A DNA stretch of 64,000 bases, taken from the NCBI GenBank assembly GCA_030390025.1, contig CM059437.1, positions 54,250,001 through 54,314,000 of the forward strand, in the 5' to 3' direction. The DNA comes from Squalus acanthias (lineage: Eukaryota). Shown piece after piece: positions 24,561 to 37,906 of the stretch (position 1 is the stretch's first letter; each line of letters begins with the position of its first letter). The translations under genes were made by a program, and so were the position numbers. Below the pieces are notes generated by a model that ran no database searches, was not told the DNA's origin, and saw only the letters and a program-made list of their open reading frames with translations.

Positions 24561-25696
24561 GGAGGAGGTAGTCAAACTTCTCCTGGCATTCATCGGTAGT
24601 CTGCTCCTCTTTGTGTACACAGGCCGAAATCATCCTGATTTTCTGCAATTCTGTACCCTCGCCGCTGAGGAGGAGGGAATCATTAAAAGTACCAAAGTCG
24701 ATTGACAATACCTGATGAGAATACTCTATAAAACGGCAAAATGTTTTATATATTTCTTGTTTGAAACACACATTTTCCTCGCGATGGTTTACCCGCTGTT
24801 CGTCAATGGAAAAAGGATTGCGCCCATTGGCCGCCTGGACAGTGCAGGGTAGTGTTTAATACAATAGGTTAACAGCGTGGTCTGGTTAAAGGGTATTATG
24901 TAACGGTTAATATAGAGCGCGACAGTAAAGGGGCAAGTGTAGACATCGCAGGGTTACATTAGGCGTGATATGGCAGAAAGATTAGAACCTTCGATGTGAA
25001 ATATAGAAAAATAGCTTAATACAGAAGTTGGTACTAATATCTTTCTATTATGGATTCATTCTGTCTGCTGCAGTCTAACACCTGGTTTAGAGTAGGTTGT
25101 TAGGGTTTTGCAGGCCAAACCAAATCAACAGGATGTGTTAGTTGAAGACATAGGAAGTATCAAAGGGTTTATGTAAAGAATTGTGCCTAATTTGCAGACA
25201 AATGAGTTGTTTAAGTTGTTATTACTTTCATAAGAATGTGATATATTTAAACGCAGGATGTTCTTATTTTTACTGATAAGCAATAAAGCGACTTTCACAT
25301 CCTGCGTGTACGGATTTCATGTGGTGCAACATTGCCACCTACTGGTGCCGTAGCATAAGACACAAAGGGATGATATGAGGTGACAGTCTTCGAGCTGATG
25401 GCTTCGAAGCAAGTGACCTGACGTTGTTTGAAATTGTCCATCAGATATATAAATATCAGTGAGCTTTAGAACGAGTGGACATTCAAGACTACGATCCATC
25501 TGGTGAGGTGTAAGCTCATTCCTGTCCAATGGATATTCTACTTGAGCATATTAACAAATTACTTTCTTGTACTACTCAGCGTGTTATCATTAATTAATAA
25601 ATATCTGTCAGATATTTATCTGTCTGATAGTTTCTCGGATCTGTTCATTAAATCAAGGATAGGACATGGGAGCCAGACCAATAGTCCTGATGTGAT

Positions 25697-26380
25697 ATGA
25701 GCTTCCGACCACATATCCGTGGCATAACTAAGACCGCCTATTTGCACCTCCATAACATTGGCCGTCCCTGCCCCTGCCTCAGCTCATCTGCTGCTGAAAC
25801 CTTCATCCATGCCTTTGTTACCTCTAGACTTGACTATTCCAATGCACTCCTGGCTGGCCTCCTACATTCTACCCTACATAAACTTGTTCTAACTCACACC
25901 CATTCCCATTCACCCATCACCCCTGTGCTCGCTGACCTACATTGGCTCCCAGTTAAGCAACGCCTCGATTTCAAAATTCTCATTCTTGTTTTAAAATCCT
26001 TCCATGGCCTCGGCCTTCCCTATCTCTGTCATTTCCTTCAACCCCACAAACCCCCGAGATATCTGCACTCCGCTAATTCTGCACTCTTGGGCATCCCTGA
26101 TTATAATCGCTCAACCAATGGTGGCCGTGCCTTCAGCTGCCTAGGCCCTAAGCTCTGCAACTCCCTCCCTAAACCTCGCCGCCGCTCTACCTCTCTTCCT
26201 TTCTTTAGATGCTCCTTAAAACCTACCACTTTGACCAAGCTTTTGGTCACCTGCGCTATTTTCTCATTATGTGGCTCGGTGTCAATTTTTTGTTTTATAA
26301 CACTCCTGTGAAGCGCCTTTGGACGTTTTACTACTTTAACGGTGTTATATAAATACACGTTGTTTTTGTTGTTGTTGTTG
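25697..26380 (+). mobile_element. L2 LINE 3' fragment
   Basis: HAFVTSRLDYSNALLAGL, ITPVLADLHWLPVKQRLDFKIL and GGRAFS are L2-type motifs; ends in a (TTG)n tail. Confidence 0.85.
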
Positions 26381-26739
26381 AGGACTTCGGGAAAATTCTT
26401 GGCGGTAGGGGAACAAGAGTTTCCTGGGTCAGACCATTGTATACAAATTGAAGTCGGCATTCGTGTAAATCCAGTGTAAAGCATGTGTAGATAGAGGAGT
26501 GCATGGAAATTAGAGTGCAACGTTAAACAAAGACAGTTAAAACTATACACTTCGGCATCATACTGGAGGACAACCAGGTACGGAGGGAGCACTGCCTGGC
26601 TCAGCCAATTAACTCTCACTTAACTTCAGTGCATGTCTCATCAATCTTGTTACGATACATTTGAAGAATTATGACGAGAGTTGGAGCATCTGCATCACGC
26701 ACCCAGACAAAGTGGCAGGTCGTGGCACTCAGGAACAGA

Positions 26740-27000
26740 AAATGAGACAGAATTTCTGGCTCGGGCCTCTCAGCACACCTCAGGGATACTGAATTAATGA
26801 ATTAATGAGACAGAGACACGAGATTGTCTGTTCTAGCAAGCCTATCAAGTATAACCAATCCTGCAACCCTGACAATAATGTCACGTGCCAGCTGGAGGGG
26901 GTGGCACTGGCACTGGGTGCTCACGCTCTCACTCCCAGGACTGCCGACGAGTGCCAGATGAAGTTCACCAACCTCACCAGGGGGAGCAAGGTAACACACC
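26740..27000 (+). pseudogene. Myb/SANT-like exon of an old Harbinger element
   Basis: LEGVALALGAHALTPRTADECQMKFTNLTRGSK followed by GTAAC, resembling the SANT helix WxxVA..RT..QC.KKF.DL. Confidence 0.6.
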
Positions 27001-27559
27001 AGATGCTGCGCATCAGCACACTCTTCGCCATCTTAAAGCAACACTGGTCATTTAACATTTCATTATGCACTTAGGTTAAGAAACGTTCCAACTCAAGACC
27101 TAGCGCTGTGATTACACCGCTTCCCTAACAGCAATTACTTACATGCATAACTATAAAATAACTTCTGGTCCTCAGTTTGCACCTAGGAGAAACACTGGAA
27201 TGGTGAACTGAAGACACACGTAGGTACCTAGGAGACGGAGCATGTTAGGATAGAATAAGCTGGCTTGTGTATACTTTGGACTTCATATAGTTCAAAGAGA
27301 TCGTGCACTGGCATTGCACTTTGTTATTGATGGAGGTTGCAGTCATACACGAAAGGGTGCAGTTATTTGTTGCTGCATTATTCACCAGGTGGTATTCATT
27401 TTCACCCTCGGGTAGACTGATGTGTTATCACATTGCACGGAAAGTAGTAGATTGAGGGAATGAGTCTTTATTGGAAATGTTGAAGGCAGAAGGAGGTAAT
27501 GCGAAGGTGTCAATGGCAGACTTGAGTGATGGTTGTGCTCTGATGCAGCAACACTGAGT

Positions 27560-28560
27560 GGTCTGACTGTTGGCCATCATGATATTTTGTACCATGTAGT
27601 TCTGGATCTAGCGGAGCTAGGGCCTCCTCGCCAGCAATGTTAAAGGCAAGGTCCTTTTGCATGGTGAAGTTGTAAAAGGTACAACAGACTGAAACTTTTT
27701 CGTGAAATACGATCTGGATCATATTCCAAAGCCCCTCCAAATCTGCCCAGGTAGCGAAAGCATGCGTTTAAGGCCCTGATTGGCCTCCCAATGAATAACC
27801 TGTGAGAGGCACTTGCCTCCTAGCTGTGCTCCCGTGCTGTTTTCGGGCCGACCTTACTGGGAGAATAATCTATAGGAGCAGGGTGTAGGCTTTTTCATCA
27901 GGAAACCATACGTGGATGTGATTTGCCACCATAAAGAGATGGCGGGAGGGAATCATGCAGTATGAAGGTATTACGACAACTTCCAACACATTGGGTGTAG
28001 ACATGAAGTTGTGCATGTTGTCGGACACGATCTGTACATTCTGGGATATGAATCGCCTCGGGTTGATGTAGCTGAAGTGGTTTTCTGTGGTGGTTTGCAA
28101 AGCAACATGCTTGCCATTGATTGCAGCCCTTGTGGAAACCAGAATCCCGGAAAAGTAGATGGCCCTAACTTTTTTCTGCCTTGCTGTGATTCCAAAGGTA
28201 ATGAATTTGCCTGCTGTCTTGTAAAGGACTTCAACAGCATAATCAATGAGCCGTCCATACTAATGCCCGGCTGATAGTTCAGAGATTCCTAACGGGTGCC
28301 TAGAATTACCCTTTGGTATAAACTTTGAGGGCGGTGCATAGTTCCTGAGAGATCAGAGTGAGTAGGTGAGCGTTGCTGTAGGTCCAGCTGTAAAGTTGCC
28401 CTATTGCCTCTTTAGTAATGTACATTTGCTTATGCACAGCTCCTTAGAAAGTTCCACATATGCAGTAATATCTGGTCGGCTGCATCTTTCTAAAATGCTG
28501 CCTAAGGTTTCTTTGCTCCATCCTGCGCTGACTCTCCTCCTCCTCCATGATAATTGCATT
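27560..28560 (-). pseudogene. Old Harbinger transposase fossil
   Basis: My translation gives AINGKHVAL, YINPRRFISQNVQIVSD, DEKAYTL and CTFYNF, degenerate versions of the GAIDGTH, NRKG, DKGYP and LHNF motifs. Confidence 0.72.
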
Positions 28561-28849
28561 TAGCGGTAAGTCCATAGGAAATATCAGATCGTGAGACTGA
28601 GACAATTCCCTTGTGTTGGTTCACACAAAATGATACTGACAGAAGTTCCAATTCATCATGATTCGTTAAAGAAAAGAGTTTACTTTCCGCACTTTACACC
28701 AGTGCTCATTCCTTGCTCGCAGGAAACAACGAGGGAATTTCCAGTGAGGGCTGAACCTTAAATAACGGAATCAGTGAACCTCACAAATAGGGCTTGATGA
28801 TACTCCTCAAATTTTCGGCAAGTGCTTGCCATGTAAACGTGTCGCCCGT

Positions 28850-29850
28850 TAGCTGTAAACCAGGGGATATGTAGCAGAATGGATAGCAAGCTGTCTACAA
28901 AACAGAAAACGGAGAGTAGGGGTTAAAGGTAGTTACACATATTGGCAAATGGTGCTAAGTGGTGTTCCACAAGGATCGGTGCTGGGTCCACTGTTGTTCA
29001 GCATTAAATACATTATTTGGACTCGGGAATCGGAAGTACATTTTCAACATTTGCGGAAGTCACCAATAGTCTATCATCTTCAATATAGAGAAGCGTGAGG
29101 TGGTACAGTTTGGTGAGAAGAATGAGGAGGCCAGATATTCCTTGGAAAATAGATGTCTAAATGGGGTGGAGGAGCAGAAGATCTGGGGACCCAGATACAC
29201 ATATCACTAAAAGTAGCGACATAGGTTAATAAAGCAATAAAAGAGCAAACAAATCATTGGGGTTAATTTCGAGAGGGATAGAATTGAAAAGCAGAGAAGT
29301 TCTGTTAAACTTATGACTACTGTGAACATCTCTGGTATCCCTATTATAAAAATGACATAGAAGCACTGGAGAAGGTGCAAAAAAGATTTACTGGAATAAT
29401 ACCACAACTGAGTGGTTATACCTATCAGGAAAGATTGAACAGGCTGGGCACTTTTCGCTAGTAAAGAAAAGACCGAGGGGTGACCTGATAGAGGCATTTA
29501 AGGTTATGACAGTGTTTAATAGGTTAGACGAAGAGAAAATGTTTCCACTTGTGGCGAGACCAGAACTAGGGGCCATAAATATAAGATAGTCACTAATAAA
29601 TCCAGGAGGGAATTCAGGAGAAACTTCTTTACCCAGAGAGTGGTTAGAATGTGGAACTCGCTACCAGATGGAGTAGTTGATGGATTAAGGGGAAACTAGA
29701 TAAGCACATGAGGGAGAGAGGAATAGAAGGATATGTTGATGGGGTTAGATAAAGAAGGGTGGGAAGAGGATCGTGTGGAGCATAAACACCGTTATGGACC
29801 TGTTGGGTAAAATTGCCTGCTGCTGTGCTGTAAATACGTTGTAATACCTT
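28850..29850 (+). mobile_element. Degenerate CR1 fragment
   Basis: [22 protein letters not shown] and RRNFFTQRVV remnants. Confidence 0.8.
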
Positions 29851-29859
29851 TGTAACTTC

Positions 29860-30250
29860 GTAAGTCGTGGCAAGGGCTAGTTCCTCAGTATTACAAAGTT
29901 ATGCAGTACACAACCACAAATCTGGAAGCACAGCCAGGGCTGTAGTGCAGAGCTCCTCCCGAACGGTCCAGTCAGCAGCAGTGATGCTTGAGCACACCGA
30001 TGGTCCAACCAATTATATTTCTGGTACTGATATAACTCTCGTTGTAGGCCAGTGCTGCGTGTGTGCACAGGTTCTTAACAGGAATCATGAGATACGTCTG
30101 AAGGGCATTCTCCTTGTCGCCCAGTAGCCAGCGTGTGCCCTGACAGCTTGGTTGGACTAAAAGCAGCACAGAGGAATGTCGCAGGATGGTGTATTCATGA
30201 CTGCTGTCAGAAAAGTGGGCACGGACCTACAGGATGCGCTGCCTGTAGTC
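29860..30250 (-). pseudogene. Harbinger transposase C-terminal fragment
   Basis: WLLGDK..L, AYNE...STRNIIGWTIGVLK, CVLHNF. Confidence 0.7.
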
Positions 30251-31780
30251 GCAAATAAGGTGCTCACATTAAGAATTTCAGCGTTGTTAAATCTGCTCCA
30301 CAAGGACCCCTGCTGGTGAGAAAAGGGGGATCTCGGTCAAGTAAACACAAACCGCAGTGATTTTATTCAAAACTGCTTGCTGTCCTACTACGCACTTGAA
30401 ATGCAACTAAACGAATTAAATGAAATCGAATACAGAGATTATTGTCTCTTGTTCGGTTGGGAGGAAGCAACTTCGTACAACCTGATATTGTCGTTGAAAA
30501 AAGTAATAGATACATACTACACAGAATCGTGCCTGTGCCGGCTTTTTCATAGAATCATATAATCTTACAGATCAGGGTCATTCGGCTTTTCGTGCCTATG
30601 CCGGCTCTTTGAAAGAGCTGTTCAAATTAGTCCTACACTCCAGCTTTTCTGTTCTCTTCAAATACATGTCCAATTGCGTTTTGAAAGTTCTTATAGAATC
30701 TGAATCGCCACCCTTTCAGGTAGTGGATTCACATTTTAAAACCCTTATGGGAAAACATTCTCTTAATTTCCCCTCTACTTCTTTTGCCATTTATTCTAAA
30801 TTTATGTCCTATTGTTACCGACCCACTTGCTGGAAGAAACAGTTTCTCCCTACTTGCTCTATCAATCCCACTCATAATTTTTAATACCTCTATTAGGTCT
30901 CCCCTGAAACTTTTCTGCTGTAAGCGTTACAATCGCAGCTTCTCCAATCCCCGCACATAACGGAAGTCCTTCATTCATGGTACCATCCAGGCCACCCTCC
31001 TCTGTAGCCTCTCCAAGGCCTTGGCATCCTTCCTAAAGCGTGGTCCCCAAAATTGTACACAATATTCCAGCTGAGGCCTAACCAGCGATCTGTAAAGGTT
31101 TAGCATGACTTCCTTGTTTTTATATTGAATGCCCACATCTACAAAGTCAAGTATCCCATACGCTTTCTTAACTGTCATATGAACTTGCCCTGTTACCTTC
31201 AAGGATTTGTGAATATGCACCCTCAAGTCCCTCTGCTCTTGCACACCCTCATAATTGCACAATTTAAAATATACTACCTCTCCATGTTGTTTCCCCCAAA
31301 GTGCATCACTTCACACTTATCTGCATTAAATTGCATCTGCCATGTGTCTGTTCATTTCACCAGTCTGTCTATGATCCCCTGAAGAGTGCTACTATCCTGC
31401 TCACTATTTGCTCCGTTGCCAAGTTTAGTATCGTCCGTAAAGTTTAAATTTGTATTCCCTATACCCAAGTCTAGGCCTTTTATATATAACAAAAAAGCAA
31501 TGGTCCTATTACAGACCACTGAGGGGCCCCACTGCATACTTCTCTCCAGTCAGAAAAACAACCGTCCAACACTACTCTCTGCCTCCTATTCCTTAGCCAA
31601 TTACCTACCTAATTTAACACCGTCTCTTTAATACCAAGTGTTTATATTTTCTGAATAGTCTGTTATGTGGCACTTTATCAAATGCCTTTTGAAAGTCCAT
31701 ATATACAACATCTACTGTACTTCCTTCATCAACCCACTCCGTTATTCATCAAATAACTCAATCAGGTTAGTCCGACACGA

Positions 31781-34700
31781 AATAACAACAGAAAACGCTG
31801 GAAAAACTCAGCAGGCGAGGCAGCATCCGTGGAGAGAGAAACAGAGTTAACGTTTCAGATCGAGACCTTTCGTCAGAACTGGAAACAGCAGGCAATCAAA
31901 TAGATTTAAGGCAAGGATAAAGCTGGGAAAAGGGGGAGGGGATGAAAGAACAAAAGGAGAGATTAAGAGACATTAAGAGACATTAAGAGATATTCAAGGC
32001 AAGAGGTGGTGTTAATGTGACAGGTTAAGGCTAAAAGAAGTGTGAAATGCACTGGCAGAATGAAGGACAGCTGCCAACTTCTAGGAGGGAAAAAAAAAGG
32101 GGGGGCAAACAAAAGGGTGGATGAAAAAATAAAATATGAATGTGAATGGGGCGTGGGTTATGATCTAAAATTGTTGAACTCGATATTGAGTCCAGAGGGC
32201 TGTAGTATGCCTAAACGAAAGATGAGGTGCTGTTCCTCGAGCTTACGCTGCGCGTCTGTGGAACATTTTAATAGGCCGAGGACGGTGAGGTCAGAGTGGA
32301 GGTGAAGTGGTGAATTAAAGTGACAGGCGACCGGGAGCTCGGGGTCCCCCTTACGGACTGAATGGAAGTGTTCCGCAAAGCGGTCACCCAATCTGCATTT
32401 GGTCTCCCCAATGTAGAGGAGACCACATCGTGAGCAGCGAATACAGTATACTAAATTGCAGGAAGTACAAGTAAATCGCTGTTTCACCTGGAAGGGGTGT
32501 TTGGGGCCCTGGACAGTGGGAAGAGGGGAGGTATAAGGGCATGTGTTGCATCTCCTGCACTTGCACGGGAAGGTGCCGGGCGAAGGGGAAGGGGTGCTAG
32601 GGGTGGTAGAGGAGTGGATTAGGGTGTCGCGGAGGGAGCGGTCTCTGCGGAATGCTGAAACAGGAGGTGAGGGGAAGATGCGTTTGGTGGTGGGATCACG
32701 CTGGAGGTGGCAGAAATGGCGGAGGATGATTCGTTGAATGTGGAGGCTGGTGGGGTGCAAGGTGAGGACAAGGGGAACTCTATCGTGGTTCCGGGAGGGA
32801 GGGGCAGGGGTGAGGGCAGAAGTGCGGGAGATAGAACGGACACGGTCGAGGGCCGTGTCGACCACGGTAGAGGGGAATCCTCGGTTGAGGAAAAAGGAAG
32901 ACATGTCGGAAGCACTGGTATGGAAGGTGGCATCATCAGAGCAGATGCGGCGGAGACGGCAAAACTGGGAGAATGGAATAGAGTCCTTACAGGAGGCGGG
33001 GTGGGAGGAAGTGTAGTCCAGGTAGCTGTGGGAGTCAGTGGGCTTGTAGTGAATGCTAGTCAATAACCTATCCCCAGAAATGGAGACGGAGAAGTCGAGG
33101 AAGGGAAGGGAAGAGTCGGAGATGGACCATGTGAAGGTGAGGGAAGGGTGGAAATTGGAAGCATAGTGAATGAAATGTTCTAGTTCAGGGCGAGAGCAGG
33201 AGACAGCACCGATACAGTCATCAATGTACCGGAAAAAGAGGTGAGGGAGGGGACCCGAGTAGGACTGGAACAAAGAGTGTTCCACATATCCCACGAAAAG
33301 GCAGGCATAGGTAGGACCCATGCGGGTACCCATAGCAACACCTTTAATTTGGAGGAAATGGGTGGAGTCAAAGGAGAAGTTGTTCAATGTGAGAACAAGT
33401 TCAGCCAGGCGGAGGAGGGTGGTGGTGGATGGGGACTGGTTGGGCCTCTGTTCAAGGAAGAAGCGGAACGCCCTCAGGCCATCCTGGTGGGGAATGGAGG
33501 TGTCGAGGGATTGTACGTCCATAGTGAAGAGGAGGCGGTTGGGGCCGGGAAACTGCAAACTGTTAAAGTGGCAGAGGGCGTCGGAAGAGTGGCGGATGTA
33601 GGTGGGGAGAGACTGGGCAAGGGCAGAAAAAATAGAGTCGAGATAGGAAGAGATAAGTTCCGTGGGGCAAGAACAGGCTGAAACGATGGGTCTACCGGGG
33701 CAGTCCTGTTTGTGGATCTTGGGAAGGAGGTAGAAGCGGGCTGTGTGGGGTTGGGGAACTATGAGGTTGGCGGCCGTGGGGGGAAGATCTCCAGAGGAGA
33801 TGAGGTCAGTGACGGTCTTGGAAATGGTGGTTTGATGTTCGGTAGTGGGGTCATGGTCCAGGTGGAGTTAGGAGGAGGTGTCGGAGAGTTGGCGTTCAGC
33901 TTCCTCTAGGTAGAGGTCAGTACGCCAAACAACAACAGCACCACCCTTGTCAGCAGGTATAATGACAATGTCGGGGTTGGATCTGAGGGAATAGAGTGCT
34001 GCAAGTTCAGAGGGAGGTAGGTTGGAGTGAGAGAGGGGAGCAGAGAAATTAAGATGGCCGATGTCACGCCGGCAGTTGGCAATGAAAAGATCTAGAGAGG
34101 GTAAGAGGCCAGAAGGAGGGGTCCAGGTAGAACGGGAATTCTGAAAGCGGGAGAAAGGGTCAGCTGTGCGGGGGGAAGACTCCTGGCCAGAGAAGTGGGC
34201 ATGGAGGTGAAGGCAGCGGAAAAAGAGCTCAGCATCGTGCCGAGCTCGAAATTCATTGAGGTGGGGGCGTAAGGGGATGAAGCTCAGGCATTTGCTGAGG
34301 ACTGATCGTTCGGGGTCAGAAAGGGGAAGGTCAGAAGGGATAGTGAAAACGCGGCAGGGGGTGAGATTGGGAGAAGGGGGGTCAGAGGAAAGTGAAGGGG
34401 AAGAAGGTTCCAGAGGGACGTTGGTGTTCAAGCGTTGATGAAGCTTGCGATCCTTGACATCAGAAAGGAAGAAAAAACGTTTTTTGTTGAAGCGTCGGAT
34501 GAGTCGAAGGATGAAATGGAACTGTGGACCCGGACAGCTTTGAGATAGAGTGCGTCGGTGCTGCTGAAGAGAGAGGTCGAGAGTGTTCATGTGGTGCTGC
34601 ATGGCGGTGAGTGTGGATCTCAAGATGCGGCGAGAGCAGTAGTTCGAGGAATGATGAATATCTTGGAGATATTTGTAATCCTGGGTGGATCCGAAACACA

Positions 34701-34988
34701 AAGGGTGGAAGTTGAGTTGGAATCCACGTGGAATAAGACAGAACCGGAGACAGTTGCTGAGGTAAGTAATGTGGCTGTGAAACCGAGTCTTGGCAGATAC
34801 CTGATCAAACACGAGAAGGGAAACTGAAAGCAGTGAAGATGAACAAGGTTGAAGAGACAAACGGAGGTCCCGTCGAAGAGAAGAGCAGAACTTCTTCAAG
34901 GTAGGCATTCCTAGAATGGAGGTGGCAGTGGACCAAACACTAATACGATAGCAAAATACTGCAGATGCTGGAAATCCGAAATAACAAC
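31781..34988 (-). mobile_element. Penelope-like element 1, near full length (RT plus GIY-YIG endonuclease)
   Basis: ATG at 34908 to stop at 32158 in one frame, broken only by a TAA at 33868-33870. Motifs ADKG, YLLPKIHK, GRPIVS, MDVQSL, GVAMGT, FRYIDD and VYCIRC..C...YIGET. TSD AGTCCGACACGA at 31769-31780 and 34989-35000. Confidence 0.93.
31845..31880 (-). ncRNA. Minimal hammerhead ribozyme motif in the Penelope pLTR
   Basis: AGTT-CTGACGA-A-AGGTC-TC-GATCT-GAAAC-GTT-AACT: CUGANGA and GAAA core with palindromic helix III (AACGTT). Confidence 0.7.
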
Positions 34989-37164
34989 AGTCCGACACGA
35001 TTTGCTTTTAACAAATTCGTGCTGGCTGTCCCTTATTAACCTATGTTTCTCCAAGTGAGAATTATTTTTTTTCCTTGACAATGGTCTCTAGTAGTTTTCC
35101 CATCATGACGTTAGACTGATTGACCTGAAGTTACCAGGTATATTTCTGTCACCTCTTGTGAACAGAGGTGTAACATTTGTAATCCTCCAGTCCTCTGGAA
35201 CCACTCCCAAATTCAAGGAGGATTAAATGATTGTGGTCAGAGCTTCTGCTATTTCCACCCTCACTTCACAACCCACCAAACTCCCAAATCTGGACTGGTG
35301 ACTTGTTAACTTTGAGTGATGCTATCCTATTTAGCACCTCCTTTCCATCTATTTTTATCCTATTCAATATCTCTACTCCCCCTCCTCTACTGCAACATTA
35401 ACGTCATCCGCTTCTTTTGTGAAGACAGATGCAAAGTACTCATTCAGTAGCTCAGTCATGCCCTCTGCCTCCACACGAAGATTCACGTTTTGGCCCTAAT
35501 TGGCCCCACCATTCCGTTAACTATCCTTTTATTTTTATATGTTTATAATTTTGGGGTTCCCTTTTATGTTACCTGCTAATCTTTTCTGATACTCTCTCTT
35601 GTCCTTCTTATATCCTTTATCAATTTTCCCCTGCACTCTCTATATTCTGCCTGGTTTCCGACTGTATTGTATACCTGATATTTGTGATAAACCGTATTTT
35701 TATGTTTCCTTTGTCATCCACAGAGTTCTAGCTTTGGATGTCCCATCTTTCATCTTCACCCAAAGTATCTCCGCCTTGAAAGCCTGCCGTTGCTTATTTA
35801 TTGATTTCCTGGCCAATCTTTATTTCCAGTCCACCTGTGCCAGTTCCCTTCTCAAATCACGGAAACCGTCTCTCTTCCATTTGAACATTTTCACCTTTGA
35901 TTTTTATTTGTCCCTTTGCATAACTACTTTAAATCTAATAATATTATAGTCACTATTACCCAGATGTTGTCCCACTGCAACAGACTCCACTTGTCCCACT
36001 TTATTCCCCAGAACTAGATCCAGCACTGCTTCCTTCCTCATTGGTCTAGCAACATACTGATTATGTATACTTTGAAAGAGCTATCCAATCAGTCCCACTC
36101 CTGCTCTCCTGCACGTTCCCCTTACCCTTACAAACTTGTACTTTTCAAGTATATATGCAATACCCTTTTGAAAGTTACTATTGAACTTGCTCCCACCACC
36201 GTTTCAGGCATTGCATTCCACAGCCTAACAACTGGTTAAATATATCCTTATCTCCCTTCTGGTTCTTTAGCCAATTATCATAAACCTGTGTCATCTGGTT
36301 ACCTGTCAGTGGAAACATCTTCCCCGTTTTTACTCGATCAACCCCCTCATAACTTTGATCAGCTCTATTAAATTTCGCCTTAACCTTCTCTGCTCTAAGG
36401 AGAACAATCCCAGCATCTTCAGTCTCTCCAAGGATGAATTCCCTCATCCTTGGTACCATTCTGGTAAATCTCCTCTGAACCCTCTCCAAGGTCTTGACAT
36501 TCTTCCTAAAGTGTGATGCCCAGAATTGAAAATAATACTCCAGCTGAGGTTTAACCAGTGAGTTACAAACGTTCAACATAACTTCCTTGCATTTATACTC
36601 TATTCCTCTATTTATAAAGCCAAGGATCCCGTATGCTTTTTAACAGCCTTATCAACTTGTCCTACCACCTTCAAAGATTTATGCATGCGAACCCTCAGTC
36701 TCTGTTCGTGCACCCCATTTAAAATTGTACCATTACATTTATATTGCTTCTCTTCCTTCTTCCTTTCAAAATGAATCACTTCACACTTCTCTGCATTAAA
36801 TTTAATCTCCCATATATCTGCCCATTTCACGAGTCTATCTATTGTCTTCTGATGTCTGCTGCTATCCTCCTAACTGTTTATTGCATTTCCACGTTTTTTT
36901 CAGCTGAAAACTTTGAATTTATGCCCGGTATACCCAAGTCCAGCTCAATAATGTATATCAAAAAGAGCATTGGTTCTAATACCGATCTCTGGTTGACGTC
37001 ACAGTATAATTCCCTCCAGTCTGGAAAAGCAACTGTTCACCACTACTCTCGGCTTTCTGTCTCTTAGCCAATTTCGTATCCACGCTGCCACTGCGCCTTT
37101 AATTTAGCTAACAAGTTTATTATGTGGCAATTTATCAAACGACGTTTTAAATTCCAAACACAAC

Positions 37165-37906
37165 GGCCCAAAAATTCGTGAGGAAGCCTTCGTGCGAGGG
37201 TAAGGCCTCCCCGCGATCTCTCACTGCGCGTTGGCTTTTTCAGTTCCAGCTCGCACGAACTTGATGTTCTGGACAGCTGCTGTGCTGGGCTTGCGTATCC
37301 CACCGGCGCAGTTAATTCGTGCGAGCAGTGGGATCACGTGACTCAGTTAGAGCCAATGGCAGCACACCATCTTCCATTCATAACTTTCACATAAGTGCTG
37401 TGAAAGCTATGAATACTATAGCCCCCCAAAAGAACCGCTAAACCTCAATTAAATTTTTTTAAAAAAACCATCACATTAATAAAATAAGTATAGTTAAATA
37501 AATTAACCATTTTAAATAAAAAATTAAATTTTTGAAAAAATTTAAAATCTTTTAAAAAGTTATAAAAATAAACTTACCTGTCTTTAAAGTCTCTAAAAAA
37601 GATATACCTGTTAAAAAAAATTCAAAATAATACTTAATTCACTACTTACCTTGTTAAAAGTGGGTCTTACTCCTTTTTTTAAGTGTAGAATCTTCCGTAC
37701 TTACCTGCGCGTTGAAACCACTAAGTGCACTGCATGCGCGCAGCCTGTAGCGCGCACGCGGTTCACCTAGGACCCGCCCCCTTTTCCATTCACCAAGTGC
37801 CGGTTTTCAGCGCATGCGCAGTGCATGCAGAAAACCGGCAATTGGAGACAGAATACGCGAGAGTACGCAGTGCGTACTCTCGCGCAGCGGCACTAATTTT
37901 TGGGCC
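37165..37906. mobile_element. Non-autonomous Harbinger-like MITE (742 bp)
   Basis: TIRs GGCCCAAAAATTCGTG and GGCCCAAAAATTAGTG (15/16 match), 3-bp TSD AAC (37162-37164 and 37907-37909). Confidence 0.88.

Noticed and set aside
32384-34827. Many overlapping and antisense ORFs over the Penelope elements (also 50989-52543)
   Set aside because: They are shadows of the C-rich RT ORF with no independent protein motifs.
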